64,000 nt of DNA, taken from positions 218 through 64,217 of the forward strand of contig CAYUFA010000009.1 in NCBI GenBank assembly GCA_964443845.1. Direction: 5' to 3'. The stretch's first letter is position 1; each line of letters starts with the position of its first letter. The stretch comes from an uncultured Ectothiorhodospiraceae bacterium (GTDB lineage: Bacteria > Pseudomonadota > Gammaproteobacteria > UBA9214). The notes beneath the pieces were generated by a model. The model searched no databases. It was given only the letters and a program-made list of their open reading frames with translations, and was not told the DNA's origin. Positions 29,167-40,080 of the stretch are shown here, one piece after another. The translations under genes were made by a program, and so were the position numbers.

Positions 29167-30225
29167 ATGACGACCCCGACGGGTACGCCCGCTTGTCACA
29201 CTACGGTCATGCGGCGGTTCTACACTGCGTCCATGTCCGAGCTCTTCTCCACGCAGGTATCCAGCTCGACATTCCGTTCGTCCGGAGCAGCCGTTGCGCG
29301 CCAGCGCGAGATGCTGACCGATCTGCTGACCGTTCCGATGTTCAGGGCGGCGCAGCGCCTGGGGCCGCTCATCGAGTTACGCAACGTCCTCGAATTCCTG
29401 TTGGTCGATGAAATCGAACAGCTTCCGTTCTGCAGGTGTCTCTACGTGCTGGATGACGCGGGTCAGCAGGTCACCGCCAGTGTCGGCCGTCACGGTGTCG
29501 ATCACAGCCGGTACGCATGCGACCATTCCGGCAGTCACTACCTGCAGGATCTCATCGGGGTTTCCGACTTCCGCCTGTCCGACGCCTGTATCGGCAGGCA
29601 CAGCCAGCGTCCGTCGATCACTGCCATCCAGGTGATCCGCGACCGTAACCTGCAGCGGGTCGGGTTTCTCGGCGCGGATTTCGACCTGCAGCAACTGCCG
29701 CATAGCGGCGCGAACTGCCGGGATGCAGGCCGGTGGCGGCAGTCCAGGGGTAACCCGGACATCCGCAACGGCCGGTTGCGCCAGCCCCGCCCGGAGAGTC
29801 TTGCGGACCTGCACGTCGATACGGTGCTCAGGCGGCTGGGCGAGCTGATCACCGGACACGGCGTATTTCACGGCAAGCTGCACTTTTCCGGCAACTGCGC
29901 CACCGTGTGGCTGACCGATGATCCGTATCACTACCGCCTGCTGGGGCTGGATGAGCTGACCGGTCCCGACCTGTGCAGCGCCTGGCTGCCACATGTCTAC
30001 CCGGAGCTGGCTGCCGTGCCGGAGCATGCAGTGCTGCCGGTGCTCGAACGGTTCCGGCAGTTGCGTTTCCTCGACGACACGGTGTACCTGCGGTCGGGTT
30101 CGCTCAATATCTTCAATGGTAGCGTCGGCCTGACATTCTCCTGCGACGGTTCGCACTACATGAAGTACCACGAGTTTCTGGAAACGGATGTACAGTTCTG
30201 GGCCGGCCCGCGCAACGCGGTGTGA
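29167..30225 (+). CDS. hypothetical protein (between Pho-box porin and phoH)
   Basis: Plus frame has consistently high GC3. The opposing 264-aa ORF looks like Gln/Val/Ala-rich antisense. Start uncertain (alternative ATG 29233). Confidence 0.4.
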   Translation: MTTPTGTPACHTTVMRRFYTASMSELFSTQVSSSTFRSSGAAVARQREMLTDLLTVPMFRAAQRLGPLIELRNVLEFLLVDEIEQLPFCRCLYVLDDAGQQVTASVGRHGVDHSRYACDHSGSHYLQDLIGVSDFRLSDACIGRHSQRPSITAIQVIRDRNLQRVGFLGADFDLQQLPHSGANCRDAGRWRQSRGNPDIRNGRLRQPRPESLADLHVDTVLRRLGELITGHGVFHGKLHFSGNCATVWLTDDPYHYRLLGLDELTGPDLCSAWLPHVYPELAAVPEHAVLPVLERFRQLRFLDDTVYLRSGSLNIFNGSVGLTFSCDGSHYMKYHEFLETDVQFWAGPRNAV

Positions 30226-30319
30226 AGCGGGGCCGGCCCGGTTTCGAGCGGCCCGTCCCCGGCGGATTGCCGGGGACGGGCCGGGGGTATGCAGTCACTG
30301 AGCCCGGGAGGTGCGGCGT

Positions 30320-31093
30320 ATGGCGAAAAATACCAGGGGCAGGAGCAGGGCGGACCGGAAGGCGCGGCGGAATTTCGAGGACCATGCGCAGGTCATGGAC
30401 GATGTCATCATCGATATCAGCGCATTTTCCCAGCGCACGCGCGGCAGGAGTCAGGACGAAGAACGGCATTCCCTGGTACGGGCCAGGAACCAGGCGCAGG
30501 GACAGTACATCTCCGCAATCAGGTCCCACCAGCTCACCTTCGGACTCGGACCGGCCGGCACCGGCAAGACCTGGTGCGCGACCGCACTGGCCGCAGAACA
30601 CCTGGAACGGCGCAGCGTCAGGCAGATCGTCTTCACCCGCCCCGCGCTGGAATCCGGCGAACACCTGGGCTTCCTGCCGGGTAAGGTGATGGAAAAGCTC
30701 GATCCCTATTTCAGCACGTTCCGCAGCTATCTCTGCGACCTGCTGGGTCGCGGGGTGGTCGACTGCGCACTGAAGAACGAACGCATCGTGTTCGAGCCAC
30801 TCGCGTTCATGCGCGGCAAGACCTTCGATGACGCCTTCGTGATCCTCGACGAGGCGCAGAACTGCACCCGCACGCAATTGCTGATGTTCATGACCCGGAT
30901 CGGCGAGAACGCGCGGGTGGTGATCAATGGCGATCCCGTGCAGACCGATATTTCCGGACGTTCAGGCCTCGCGGAGGCGGCGCGGCGGTTGCAGGGCCTG
31001 CGCGGTGTCTATGTGCACGAATTCGAGGCTGCGGACGTGGTGCGCAGTGATCTCGTGCGGCGCATTCTCGCACGCTATCACGCCTCCACCTGA
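30320..31093 (+). CDS. phoH: PhoH family ATPase
   Basis: GPAGTGKT Walker A, DEAQN Walker B, and the phoH-type C-terminal region. Confidence 0.8.
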   Translation: MAKNTRGRSRADRKARRNFEDHAQVMDDVIIDISAFSQRTRGRSQDEERHSLVRARNQAQGQYISAIRSHQLTFGLGPAGTGKTWCATALAAEHLERRSVRQIVFTRPALESGEHLGFLPGKVMEKLDPYFSTFRSYLCDLLGRGVVDCALKNERIVFEPLAFMRGKTFDDAFVILDEAQNCTRTQLLMFMTRIGENARVVINGDPVQTDISGRSGLAEAARRLQGLRGVYVHEFEAADVVRSDLVRRILARYHAST

Positions 31094-31141
31094 CCGGCCG
31101 GTCCCGTCAGTCCCCGGTCGCCGTGCTGGCGGCGGGCGGGA

Positions 31142-32005
31142 TCAGCCGTAGCGGCCGGTGATGTAATCCTCGGTGGCCTTCTCGCGCGGCTTGGTGAAGA
31201 TGATGTCGCTCGTGTTGATCTCGACCAGCTTGCCCAGGTACATGAACGCGGTGAAATCGGACACGCGTGCGGCCTGCTGCATGTTGTGGGTCACGATCGC
31301 GATCGTGTAATCGGACGCGAGTTCATCGATCAATTCCTCGATCATCAGTGTGGAGAGCGGGTCCAGGGCCGAGGCGGGCTCGTCGAGCAGCAGCACCTCG
31401 GGCTTGACCGCGACGGCGCGGGCGATACACAGGCGCTGCTGCTGACCGCCGGACAGGCGCGTACCGTCCTGGCGCAGCTTGTCCTTCACCTCGTCCCAGA
31501 GCCCCGCCTTGCGGAGCGCCCACTCCACCCGCTCATCCATTGCGTGTCGCGGCAGGCGTTCGTACAGGCTCACGCCGAACGCGATGTTCTCGTAGATCGA
31601 CATGGGGAATGGCGTGGGCTTCTGGAATACCATGCCCACCTTGGAGCGCAGGCGGTTGAGGTTGTAGTGCCGGTCGAGGATGTTTTCCCCGTCCAGCAGC
31701 ACTTCGCCGGTGGCCGACTGTTCCGGGTAGAGTTCGTAGATGCGGTTGAAGCTGCGCAGCAGCGTGGACTTGCCGCAGCCGGACGGGCCGATGAAGGCCG
31801 TCACCCGGTTCGGCGGTATCTCCAGGTTGATGGAGTCGAGCGCCTTGAAACGCCCGTAAAAGAAATTGAGATCGCGGACCGCGATCTTGCTTTCCATGTC
31901 CGCCGGCAGGGTATTAGCCTGCCGGATGCTCGGCGCGGGGGCGGCGATATCCACCTGGCGATCCGTTTTCCCGTTCATGTCGCGGTACATTGTACTCATA
32001 TGCAT
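31142..32005 (-). CDS. pstB: phosphate ABC transporter ATP-binding protein PstB
   Basis: [29 protein letters not shown]. Classic PstB length. Confidence 0.92.
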   Translation of the reverse strand: MHMSTMYRDMNGKTDRQVDIAAPAPSIRQANTLPADMESKIAVRDLNFFYGRFKALDSINLEIPPNRVTAFIGPSGCGKSTLLRSFNRIYELYPEQSATGEVLLDGENILDRHYNLNRLRSKVGMVFQKPTPFPMSIYENIAFGVSLYERLPRHAMDERVEWALRKAGLWDEVKDKLRQDGTRLSGGQQQRLCIARAVAVKPEVLLLDEPASALDPLSTLMIEELIDELASDYTIAIVTHNMQQAARVSDFTAFMYLGKLVEINTSDIIFTKPREKATEDYITGRYG

Positions 32006-32008
32006 GGC

Positions 32009-32845
32009 TCACTGGCGACGCCCGCGCAGGAAAGTGCGGGCGAGAATGTTCAGGGTGAGGATGCTGAACGTGATGATGAGCGCGCCGGCCCATGCCAGGT
32101 GTTGCCAGTCCTCGTAGGGACTCATGGCAAACTGGAAGATGACCACCGGCAGGTTGGCAATGGGCTGGTCCAGCCGGGTACTCCAGAACTGGTTGTTCAG
32201 CGCGGTGAACAACAGCGGTGCCGTTTCACCGCTGATGCGGGCCACGGCCAGCAGGATGCCCGTCAGGATACCCGGCCGGGCCGCGCGGTAAACGATGTTG
32301 GTAATGACCTTCCATTGCGGTGCGCCGAGCGCCGAAGCGGCCTCGCGCATGGTATCGGATACCAGCCGCAGCATGTCTTCGCTGGTGCGCACCACGATCG
32401 GGATCACGATGAGACCGAGCGCCACGGTACCGGCCCAGGCGGAGAAGTGCCCCATGGTGCGTACCAGGATTTCGTAGACGAACACGCCGATGACGATGGA
32501 CGGCGCACTCAGCAGCACGTCATTGACAAAGCGCACGACCATCGCCAGCCGGGATCCGCGTCCGAACTCCGACAGGTAGGTGCCGGCCAGGATGCCCAGC
32601 GGCGTGCCGATCAGGACGCCACCCACGGTCAGGATGATGCTGCCGACGATGGCATTTCCCAGTCCGCCCTGGCTGCCGGGTGGCGGGGTGTTCTCCACGA
32701 ACGTGGACAGTCTCAGGTAGGGCAGGCCATGGCGCAGCAGGGTCCACAGGATCCAGCACAGGAACAGCAGGCCGACGCCGGTCGCGAGTACCGACAGGGT
32801 CATGCTGATCGCGTTGGTGAGCCGCCGCCGCTGGTACAGGTTCAT
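32009..32845 (-). CDS. pstA: phosphate ABC transporter permease PstA
   Basis: 6-TM permease with EAA-like loop ([12 protein letters not shown]). Alternative upstream start 32896. Confidence 0.88.
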   Translation of the reverse strand: MNLYQRRRLTNAISMTLSVLATGVGLLFLCWILWTLLRHGLPYLRLSTFVENTPPPGSQGGLGNAIVGSIILTVGGVLIGTPLGILAGTYLSEFGRGSRLAMVVRFVNDVLLSAPSIVIGVFVYEILVRTMGHFSAWAGTVALGLIVIPIVVRTSEDMLRLVSDTMREAASALGAPQWKVITNIVYRAARPGILTGILLAVARISGETAPLLFTALNNQFWSTRLDQPIANLPVVIFQFAMSPYEDWQHLAWAGALIITFSILTLNILARTFLRGRRQ

Positions 32846-32855
32846 GCGGCCGGCC

Positions 32856-33851
32856 TCAGACGCGCCCGCCGACCCGACCCAGCAACAGGCGGGCAATCGC
32901 GAGCACGATAAACGTGATCATGAACAGGATCAGGCCCAGCGCCAGCAGCGAGGAGGTGTAGGTGTCACCGACCGCCTCGGTGAACTCGTTGGCCAGCGCC
33001 GAAGAGATGGTGTTGCCCGGCATGAACAGGGAGGTACTGATGCGCTGGGCATTGCCGATGACGAAGGTAACCGCCATGGTTTCGCCGAGTGCGCGTCCCA
33101 GCCCGAGCATGACGCCGCCGATGACGCCGACCTTGGTGTACGGCAGCACCACGTTCCAGACCACTTCCCAGGTGGTGGCGCCCAGCCCGTAGGCCGACTC
33201 GCGCAACTCGGTGGGAACCAGGGCAAAGACATCGCGCATGACCGCCGTGATGAAGGGGACCACCATGATCGCCAGGATCAGCCCGGCGGTGAATATCCCG
33301 ATGCCCATCGGCGGGCCCTCGAACAGGGAACCGATGACCGGTATGGAGCCGAGCTTTTCCTGGATCACGGGTTGCAGTTCCGCGAACCAGGGCGCAAAGA
33401 TGAACAGGCCCCACATGCCGTAGATGATGCTGGGAATCGCGGCCAGCAGTTCGACGGCGGTGCCGATGGGCCGCTTCAGCCAGGCCGGGGCCAGCTCGGT
33501 GATGAACAGGGCGATGCCGAAGCTGAGCGGGATGCCGATCAGCATGGCGATGATCGAGGTGACCAGGGTGCCGTAGATGGGGGCCGCGGCGCCGAACTGC
33601 TCCGTGACCGGGTTCCAGTCGGTCGAGACGAAAAAGCCGAAGCCGAACTTCCGGAATGCGAGGCTTGCGCCAAAGGCCAGTGACAGCACGATGGCCAGGA
33701 CCAGCAGGAAGACGGTCGCGGCTGAGACCTGGGTTGACCCGCGGAACAGTTTGTCACGAAGTCCGGCGCGCCTGAGGTGCGACGTGGACGTGCCGGTTTC
33801 CTCGGCCACCACGGGGCGGGCGCTGGCGGAGCGCTCCGGTCGTGTCAGCAT
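32856..33851 (-). CDS. pstC: phosphate ABC transporter permease PstC
   Basis: PstC-type permease with [15 protein letters not shown] loop. Confidence 0.9.
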   Translation of the reverse strand: MLTRPERSASARPVVAEETGTSTSHLRRAGLRDKLFRGSTQVSAATVFLLVLAIVLSLAFGASLAFRKFGFGFFVSTDWNPVTEQFGAAAPIYGTLVTSIIAMLIGIPLSFGIALFITELAPAWLKRPIGTAVELLAAIPSIIYGMWGLFIFAPWFAELQPVIQEKLGSIPVIGSLFEGPPMGIGIFTAGLILAIMVVPFITAVMRDVFALVPTELRESAYGLGATTWEVVWNVVLPYTKVGVIGGVMLGLGRALGETMAVTFVIGNAQRISTSLFMPGNTISSALANEFTEAVGDTYTSSLLALGLILFMITFIVLAIARLLLGRVGGRV

Positions 33852-33902
33852 CTCGTTTGCGCCCGTCCCGTGGTCATACTGCCCATTATTGCATACCGGA
33901 CA

Positions 33903-34979
33903 TTACATGCCAGAGTTGTAAACGGTTTTCCCGTCCGGACCCAGGACCTGGCGGGTCCAGGCCTGTTCGACCAGCTTCACGACGCTGTCCGGCATCGGTA
34001 CGTAGTCCAGATCGGATGCCATCTTGTCACCATTGGCATAGGCCCAGTCGAAGAAGCGCAGGACCGCACTGCCGGTTGCCGGTTTTTCCTGGGTGGTGTG
34101 CACCAGGATGAAGGTGGCTCCCGTGATCGGCCAGCTCTGGTCACCCGGCTGATCGGTCAGCACCATGTAGAAACCGTCCGCATGGGCCCAGTCGGCACTG
34201 GCGGCGGCGGCCTGGAAGCTGTTGTTGTCCGGGTCCACGAACCTGCCGGCCGCATTCTGCAGTTTGGCATGGGCCATCTTGTTCTGCAGGGCATAGGCGT
34301 ATTCCACGTAGCCGATCGAGCCCTTGATCCGGCTCACGTAGGAAGCGACACCCTCGTTGCCCTTGCCGCCCACGCCTGCCGGCCAGGCGACGGACTTCTC
34401 GTTGCCGACCTCGTTCTTCCACTCCGCGCTGACCTTGGACAGGTAGTTGGTGAATATCCAGGTGGTGCCCGAACCGTCCGAACGGTGCACCACGGTGATG
34501 GCCGTGGCCGGCAGTTTCATGCCCGGGTTCAGGTCGGCAATGGCCGGGTCGTTCCACTTGCTGATCTTGCCCAGGTAGATGTTCGCCAGTACCGTGGGGC
34601 TGAGTTTCAGCTCACCGGCCTTGACCGACGGGATATTCACGACCGGAACTACACCGCCCATGACCGTCGGGAACTGCATGAGGCCGTCCTTCTTCAGGGC
34701 CGCGGGCTTCAGTGGCGCGTCGGAGGCACCGAAATCCACGGTTTTGGCCACGATCTGCTTGATGCCGCCACCGGAGCCGATCGACTGGTAGTTGAGCTTG
34801 ACGCCGGTTTTGGCTGCATAGGCCTCTGCCCACTTGGCATAGACCGGATACGGGAAAGTGGCGCCGGCGCCGGCGATTGCCGTGACGTCGGCCATTGCCG
34901 GGCCCTGCACGAAGGCGGCCATGGACAGGCCCAGCACGAACATACGTACACTGCGGTTACTGCTTGTGAACATCTTCAT
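33903..34979 (-). CDS. pstS: phosphate-binding protein PstS
   Basis: Signal peptide. AGATFPYPVYAKWA, SDGSGTTWIFTNYL and GSIGYVEY PBP motifs. Confidence 0.92.
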   Translation of the reverse strand: MKMFTSSNRSVRMFVLGLSMAAFVQGPAMADVTAIAGAGATFPYPVYAKWAEAYAAKTGVKLNYQSIGSGGGIKQIVAKTVDFGASDAPLKPAALKKDGLMQFPTVMGGVVPVVNIPSVKAGELKLSPTVLANIYLGKISKWNDPAIADLNPGMKLPATAITVVHRSDGSGTTWIFTNYLSKVSAEWKNEVGNEKSVAWPAGVGGKGNEGVASYVSRIKGSIGYVEYAYALQNKMAHAKLQNAAGRFVDPDNNSFQAAAASADWAHADGFYMVLTDQPGDQSWPITGATFILVHTTQEKPATGSAVLRFFDWAYANGDKMASDLDYVPMPDSVVKLVEQAWTRQVLGPDGKTVYNSGM

Positions 34980-35895
34980 GTTGCTTCCTCTCGGTTACGT
35001 GAAAAATGCCTGTTGTGCCCGGTACCCGGATTCCTGCGCATTCCTTTCAGTGCTTCAATCAATGCATCCGGTTCAGGCACGGTTGACGTTGAATTGTGAA
35101 ATGCCGTGGCAGCAGGCTGGTGCAGGTCCGCGATTCCCCGTTGCGGCCAGGCCTGCGATGATTGTTTCGTCGTGATTCCGTACAGTGATCAGTCCAGGAA
35201 ATCCGTGGTTCCGGTACCGGGGAGATGGACACCCGCAATACAGTATCTTCTGCAGCAGCGGACCGCCTTCGGCCCGGACCTCCGGGCCATCCTGCACCGC
35301 ACCCGATTTCCCGACCCTCCAGGTTTCAGGCTGGTTACCTGCCTTGCCAGGGCGCCTGTTGTGCTACGGGGAGAGTACGCGTGAAATATGACAGTTTTGT
35401 GAACCCGGCAATCGGCAACGGGTCGCCGCGTTCTCCGGCAGGGGCGGGCGTTCCACTGTTGCCGGTGGTGCTGCAACCATCCTGCCCTGCCTGCCTCCAG
35501 GCCGGGCCGCACACGCCGGCGAACCTGCTGCGGGCGCGCCTCCCACTGTCGGGGACAGGTATTATAACTAGCTTATAATACAATATGTTGCATTGTACCG
35601 AGACGGCCATGGCCGGCGTGCCGGATACCCGTGCCGGCCGCGCATGCAGGCAGGCGGGCACGCCGTTGCCGTTCCGGGTGGCGCCGCGCTGCCCGGCAGT
35701 GCCATGCCGCGTGGCGGCGGCGGGAAGACCAGGGGGGCTGCGGGGCCGCTGCTGTCGTCAGCAGACGCCAGCAACAACGGCGCGTGCCGGGAGGTGCGCG
35801 GTGCGGCCCGGCAGGTGCAGCATGACGGCCGACGCTGTGCCTGTATCCGGCGCCCGGGTACGACCGTCCGTGCATTGCCGGCAGCTCCGGAATTT

Positions 35896-35927
35896 CTGTC
35901 ACATATGTGTAATAATTTATTATTACA
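35896..35927. promoter_or_regulatory. Pho-box-like element overlapping a 21-bp perfect palindrome upstream of phoU
   Basis: CTGTCACATATGTGTAAT (Pho-box-like, 35896-35913). GTGTAATAAT-T-ATTATTACAC perfect palindrome (35907-35927), about 30-60 bp upstream of the phoU ATG. Confidence 0.45.
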
Positions 35928-35956
35928 CTTCCACCACGTTATTTGCAGGTAATCAA

Positions 35957-36676
35957 ATGGCACCCACGAATCTGGGCGAGCACATCCACCATCGTTTTGA
36001 TCGTGAACTGGAGAGCCTGCGTAACCGGGTTGTCTCCATGGGTGCCATGGTCGAGCGCCAGGTCACGGATGCACTGACTGCACTCAAGGAACTGAACCCC
36101 GAGCTGGCCGAATACGTGATTCGTACCGACCACCGGGTGAACGCCCAGGAAGTCAGTATCGACGAGGACTGTACCTATATCCTGGCGCGGCGCCAGCCTG
36201 CAGCCAGTGACCTGCGCATGGTCATGGCCATGATCAAGACCATCACCGACCTGGAGCGCATCGGTGACGAATCGGAGAAGATCGCCTGGGTGGCCAGCGA
36301 GATCACCGAGTCCTCTTTCCCGAACATGGATGTACTGATGCAGCAGATCGATGCCATGGGCAAGATGGTGCTGGACATGCTGCATGATACCCTGGATGCC
36401 TTTGTGCGCATGGACATGGCGGCCGCCGTTACCACCACCCGGCGCGATGCCGATGTCGATGAGCGCTACGTGGGGCTGATCACCGACCTGATCCAGCACA
36501 TGAAGAAGGATCCCGAGGATGTCGAGGAATTCCAGTCTCTGATCTGGGTGGTCCGCGCACTGGAGCGCATCGGCGACCATGCCAAGAACATCTGTGAATA
36601 CATCGTGTACCTGGTCGAGGGCAGGGATGTACGGCATACCACTATCAATGAGCACGGGCAGGAAACCGGCAACTGA
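35957..36676 (+). CDS. phoU: phosphate signalling complex protein PhoU
   Basis: Two PhoU repeats with ERIGD motifs (DLERIGDESEKIA, ERIGDHAKNI). Internal ATG chosen over the long leader ORF. Confidence 0.9.
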   Translation: MAPTNLGEHIHHRFDRELESLRNRVVSMGAMVERQVTDALTALKELNPELAEYVIRTDHRVNAQEVSIDEDCTYILARRQPAASDLRMVMAMIKTITDLERIGDESEKIAWVASEITESSFPNMDVLMQQIDAMGKMVLDMLHDTLDAFVRMDMAAAVTTTRRDADVDERYVGLITDLIQHMKKDPEDVEEFQSLIWVVRALERIGDHAKNICEYIVYLVEGRDVRHTTINEHGQETGN

Positions 36677-37388
36677 CGCATCCTCCTCGGCGGCGAGCAG
36701 GCCGCTGATCCTGGTGGTTGAAGATGAAACCGACCTGCGCGAGATGCTTGCCGATTCGCTGGAGCAGGCCGGCTACGAAATTCTCCAGGCCGGTTCCGTG
36801 GCCGAGGCGCGTCAGCAGCTCGAAGGTTCCGCTCCCGATCTCGTCCTGCTGGACTGGATGTTGCCGGATACCACCGGCCTGAACTGGCTGCGTCAGCTGC
36901 GGCGCCAGGAAACCTGGCGCGAGCTGCCGGTGATCATGCTGACAGCCCGCGGCGAGGTCAACGACCGGGTGGCCGGCCTGGACGGTGGCGCCGACGATTA
37001 CCTGGTGAAACCGTTTTCCCTGAAGGAGCTGCAGGCGCGGATCCGTACCCAGTTGCGCAAGAAGGGAGGCGGCGGCGAGCACGAACAGTATGCCGCCGGT
37101 GACCTGATGCTCGACGTGGCGATGCACCGTGTGACCAGCGCGGGACAGGAAATCGAGCTCGGGCCGACCGAGTTCCGGCTGCTGCAGTATTTTCTCTCGC
37201 ACCCGGACCGGGTCTACTCGCGCAGCCGGTTGCTCGATGCCGTGTGGGGACAGCAGGTGTTCATCGAGGAACGCACGGTAGACGTCCACATCCGCCGCCT
37301 GCGCAAGGCGCTGGAACCATATGGCAAGGATGGCCTGGTCCAGACCGTGCGTGGTGCCGGCTACCGGCTCAGCACGCGGAGTTCCTGA
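36648..37388 (+). CDS. phoB: phosphate regulon response regulator PhoB
   Basis: REC domain (ILVVEDE, D in LLDWMLPD), winged-helix C-terminus (TVDVHIRRLRKAL, GAGYRL). ATG lies 29 nt inside the phoU 3' end. Confidence 0.88.
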   Translation: MSTGRKPATDASSSAASRPLILVVEDETDLREMLADSLEQAGYEILQAGSVAEARQQLEGSAPDLVLLDWMLPDTTGLNWLRQLRRQETWRELPVIMLTARGEVNDRVAGLDGGADDYLVKPFSLKELQARIRTQLRKKGGGGEHEQYAAGDLMLDVAMHRVTSAGQEIELGPTEFRLLQYFLSHPDRVYSRSRLLDAVWGQQVFIEERTVDVHIRRLRKALEPYGKDGLVQTVRGAGYRLSTRSS

Positions 37389-37390
37389 AC

Positions 37391-38710
37391 GTGTACAGCC
37401 TGTATCCGTGGCGCACGGAGTTCTGGACGGTTCTCGGGTTGCTGGCGTTACTGTGGTTCATCGGACTGCTGTTCGGCCTGTCCGCCTGGCCGGCGCTGGC
37501 CGGCCTGGCCGGTTACGTCGGCTGGCACCTCTATTACTCCTGGCGGCTGGTCTCGTGGCTGGGAAAGCAGACAAAAAAACTGCCGCATCACGTGCCCGGC
37601 ATCTGGGGCTATATCTTCTACCGGCTGGAAGTCCGCAAGCGCAAGGCGACGGAGCGCAAGAAGCAGATCGCGCGGTTGCTGAAACAGTTCCGGGCATCGA
37701 CCAGCGCGTTGCCGGACGCCACGGTCGTGCTGGACCGGAATTTCCAGATCCAGTGGGTGAATGATGCGGCCAGTGCACTGCTTGGCATCCGCAAGACCGA
37801 TTCCGGCCAGCCCGTCGTCAACCTGATACGCGACCCGTCCTTCGCCACCTACCTGGAAACGCGCGAATACAGCGAGCCGTTGCAGTTGTCCGCCGCGACC
37901 GGGCTGGACAGCCGGCTGCTGCTGCGGGTGATCCCCTACGAGGGCGACAAGTACCTGATACAGGCGCGCGACATCACCGAAGGCTACCGGCTGGAGCAGA
38001 TGCGGCGGGATTTCATCGCCAATGCATCGCACGAACTGCGTACGCCCCTGTCCGTGCTGCAGGGTTCGATCGAGCAGCTGGAACCGCAGGTAGCCGGCAA
38101 CGCGACGGCGGAGAAGCCGCTGGAACGCATGCGTCGACAGAGCGAGCGCATGATGCGAATCCTGCAGGACCTGCTGATCCTGGCGCGCCTCGAAGCGGGC
38201 AGGAACGAGCCCGCACAGCTGGTTTCGCTGAGCACGGTGGTCAGTGAAGTGATCGAAGAGGCCCGGATTGCCAGCGCAGGCATGGGCGGCCACCAGTTCG
38301 AGGTGTCGGTGATGCCCGATGTCTGTGTGCAGGGCCAGCGCCAGGATCTGCACGCCGCCATCTCCAACCTGGTGATGAACGCCGTGCGCTATACGCCCGC
38401 GGGTGGCGGGATCCACGTCTCGCTGGCCGCCGTGCGTGGCGGGGTTCGCTTCCAGGTAGTGGATACCGGACCGGGTATCCTGCCACAACACCTGCCGCGG
38501 CTGACCGAGCGCTTCTACCGCGTCGATGTCGGGCGTTCGCGTGAATCCGGTGGCACGGGACTGGGCCTGTCGATCGTCAAGCACGTGCTGGACCGCTATC
38601 ACGCGCAGATCGAAATCAGCAGTATCCCGGGCAAGGGATCCACCTTTTCCTTCCTGCTGACGCAGGACGTCCTGTGCGCAGCGGGGCCGCGCGCCGTCGC
38701 CAGCAAGTAG
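37391..38710 (+). CDS. phoR: phosphate regulon sensor histidine kinase PhoR
   Basis: N-terminal TM, charged linker, PAS-like region, H-box ASHELRTPL, and N/G1/G2 boxes (NAVRYT, DTGPGI, GGTGLGLSIV). GTG start just after the phoB stop. Confidence 0.85.
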   Translation: MYSLYPWRTEFWTVLGLLALLWFIGLLFGLSAWPALAGLAGYVGWHLYYSWRLVSWLGKQTKKLPHHVPGIWGYIFYRLEVRKRKATERKKQIARLLKQFRASTSALPDATVVLDRNFQIQWVNDAASALLGIRKTDSGQPVVNLIRDPSFATYLETREYSEPLQLSAATGLDSRLLLRVIPYEGDKYLIQARDITEGYRLEQMRRDFIANASHELRTPLSVLQGSIEQLEPQVAGNATAEKPLERMRRQSERMMRILQDLLILARLEAGRNEPAQLVSLSTVVSEVIEEARIASAGMGGHQFEVSVMPDVCVQGQRQDLHAAISNLVMNAVRYTPAGGGIHVSLAAVRGGVRFQVVDTGPGILPQHLPRLTERFYRVDVGRSRESGGTGLGLSIVKHVLDRYHAQIEISSIPGKGSTFSFLLTQDVLCAAGPRAVASK

Positions 38711-38756
38711 TCGTTGTCCCGGGACGCCTCCGCCTTGCGGCGGCACGGACCGTGAA

Positions 38757-39365
38757 TCAGTCGCCGTTCCCGTCCTCTTCTTCCCCTTCCCAGTCATAGT
38801 GTTTTTCGGGCGGCGCCGGATCACGGTGCCGGAACAGGAACGCACCGAGCACGCCGCAGACCGCGCCGAAGAAATGGGTTTCAAAGGAAATTTGCGGCTG
38901 CTGCGGGAAAATGCCCCAGATCATGCTGCCATAGAGCAGGAACACGATAAGTGCCAGGGCGACGGAGAGCCGGTCACGGCGCAGGACGCCGATCGTAAAG
39001 AGAAAAAACATCAATCCGTGCGTAAGACCGCTGGATCCGATGTGATAGCTGTCACGGGCAAACAGCCACACGCCCAGGCCGGAGCCGAGCCAGATCAGCC
39101 CGAGGATCGGCCATCTGGATCTCGGGTAGCCGTACCCCAGCACGGTAAGCAGGATCAGCAGGGCGAAACTGTTGGACAACAGGTGCACCCAGCTGCCATG
39201 TATCAGCGGGGCGAACAGGATGCCGGCCAGCCCGTCCAGCCGGCGCGGATGGACGCCCAGCCGGTACAGGCCGGCACCGGTGAGCCGGTCGAACAGCTCG
39301 ATGGCCGCCAGCAGCAGGACAAATCCGCATGCCTGCAGGGCGCTTGTCTGGAACGGGCTGCGCAT
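38757..39365 (-). CDS. rhomboid family intramembrane serine protease
   Basis: GHIGSSGL (GxSG) motif and downstream His in TM6. Six-TM topology. Confidence 0.7.
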   Translation of the reverse strand: MRSPFQTSALQACGFVLLLAAIELFDRLTGAGLYRLGVHPRRLDGLAGILFAPLIHGSWVHLLSNSFALLILLTVLGYGYPRSRWPILGLIWLGSGLGVWLFARDSYHIGSSGLTHGLMFFLFTIGVLRRDRLSVALALIVFLLYGSMIWGIFPQQPQISFETHFFGAVCGVLGAFLFRHRDPAPPEKHYDWEGEEEDGNGD

Positions 39366-39504
39366 GGTGTGGTCCGGATACACCCGCTTTCCGGGCTGGA
39401 CTAGACTATAACAATCACGGAACCCCTGGTTCACAGGCCGGTCCCTTATTTATGCAGCGAGGGGTGGATCAGGACTTTCCCGGAGCGCTGCGGAGTGCAT
39501 AAGG

Positions 39505-40080
39505 ATGAATCTTTCCAAACTTGCCCGTGCTGGCCCGGTGCTTCTGGCCACGCTGTTGCTGGGCGCCTGCGCGACCACCGCAAACATCGATTTCCGGCAG
39601 GGCTACGACTTTTCCCCGCTCCGGAGTTTCCGGATCGGGGCAGCGCAGACACCGGCGAGTGCGGACCCGCGTGTCAACAGCCCGCTGGTGGATCGGCGCA
39701 TTCGCACGGCCATTGCGGCGTGGTTGAAGGCGCACGGCTACCAGGTCGTCAGCCAGGGCGGGGATGCCAGGCTGGCCTACCGGATCGGCACCCGCAGCGG
39801 CCTGGAAAACTACGACAGCGGGGTGTCGTTCGGTTACGGGGCCTTTGGCCGGCACACGGCGCTCGGTTTCGGCTACGGATTTCCGCTCTACGATGTCGAT
39901 ACCTACGACGATGCCATACTGACGATCGACATCCACGATGCCCGCGATGACAGCCTGCTGTGGCGCGGTTCCAGCAGCCGGCGTCTCGGTGACGGCAACA
40001 CCCCGGAAAAGCTGGACGAACTGGTCAACGGGCTGGTGAGCGACGTCCTCGATCATTACCCGCCCGGGAAGAAACACTGA
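39505..40080 (+). CDS. DUF4136 family lipoprotein
   Basis: Lipobox LLLGAC. Gly/aromatic-rich small periplasmic domain typical of DUF4136. Confidence 0.6.
   Translation: MNLSKLARAGPVLLATLLLGACATTANIDFRQGYDFSPLRSFRIGAAQTPASADPRVNSPLVDRRIRTAIAAWLKAHGYQVVSQGGDARLAYRIGTRSGLENYDSGVSFGYGAFGRHTALGFGYGFPLYDVDTYDDAILTIDIHDARDDSLLWRGSSSRRLGDGNTPEKLDELVNGLVSDVLDHYPPGKKH

Noticed and set aside
29377-30171. 264-aa minus-strand ORF opposite the 29167-30225 gene
   Set aside because: Gln/Val/Ala-rich antisense-type composition. The plus frame has the high-GC3 codon periodicity.
34980-35110. Pho box upstream of pstS
   Set aside because: Only a weak TTCACAA-N4-ACGTCAA resemblance. Not convincing enough to annotate.
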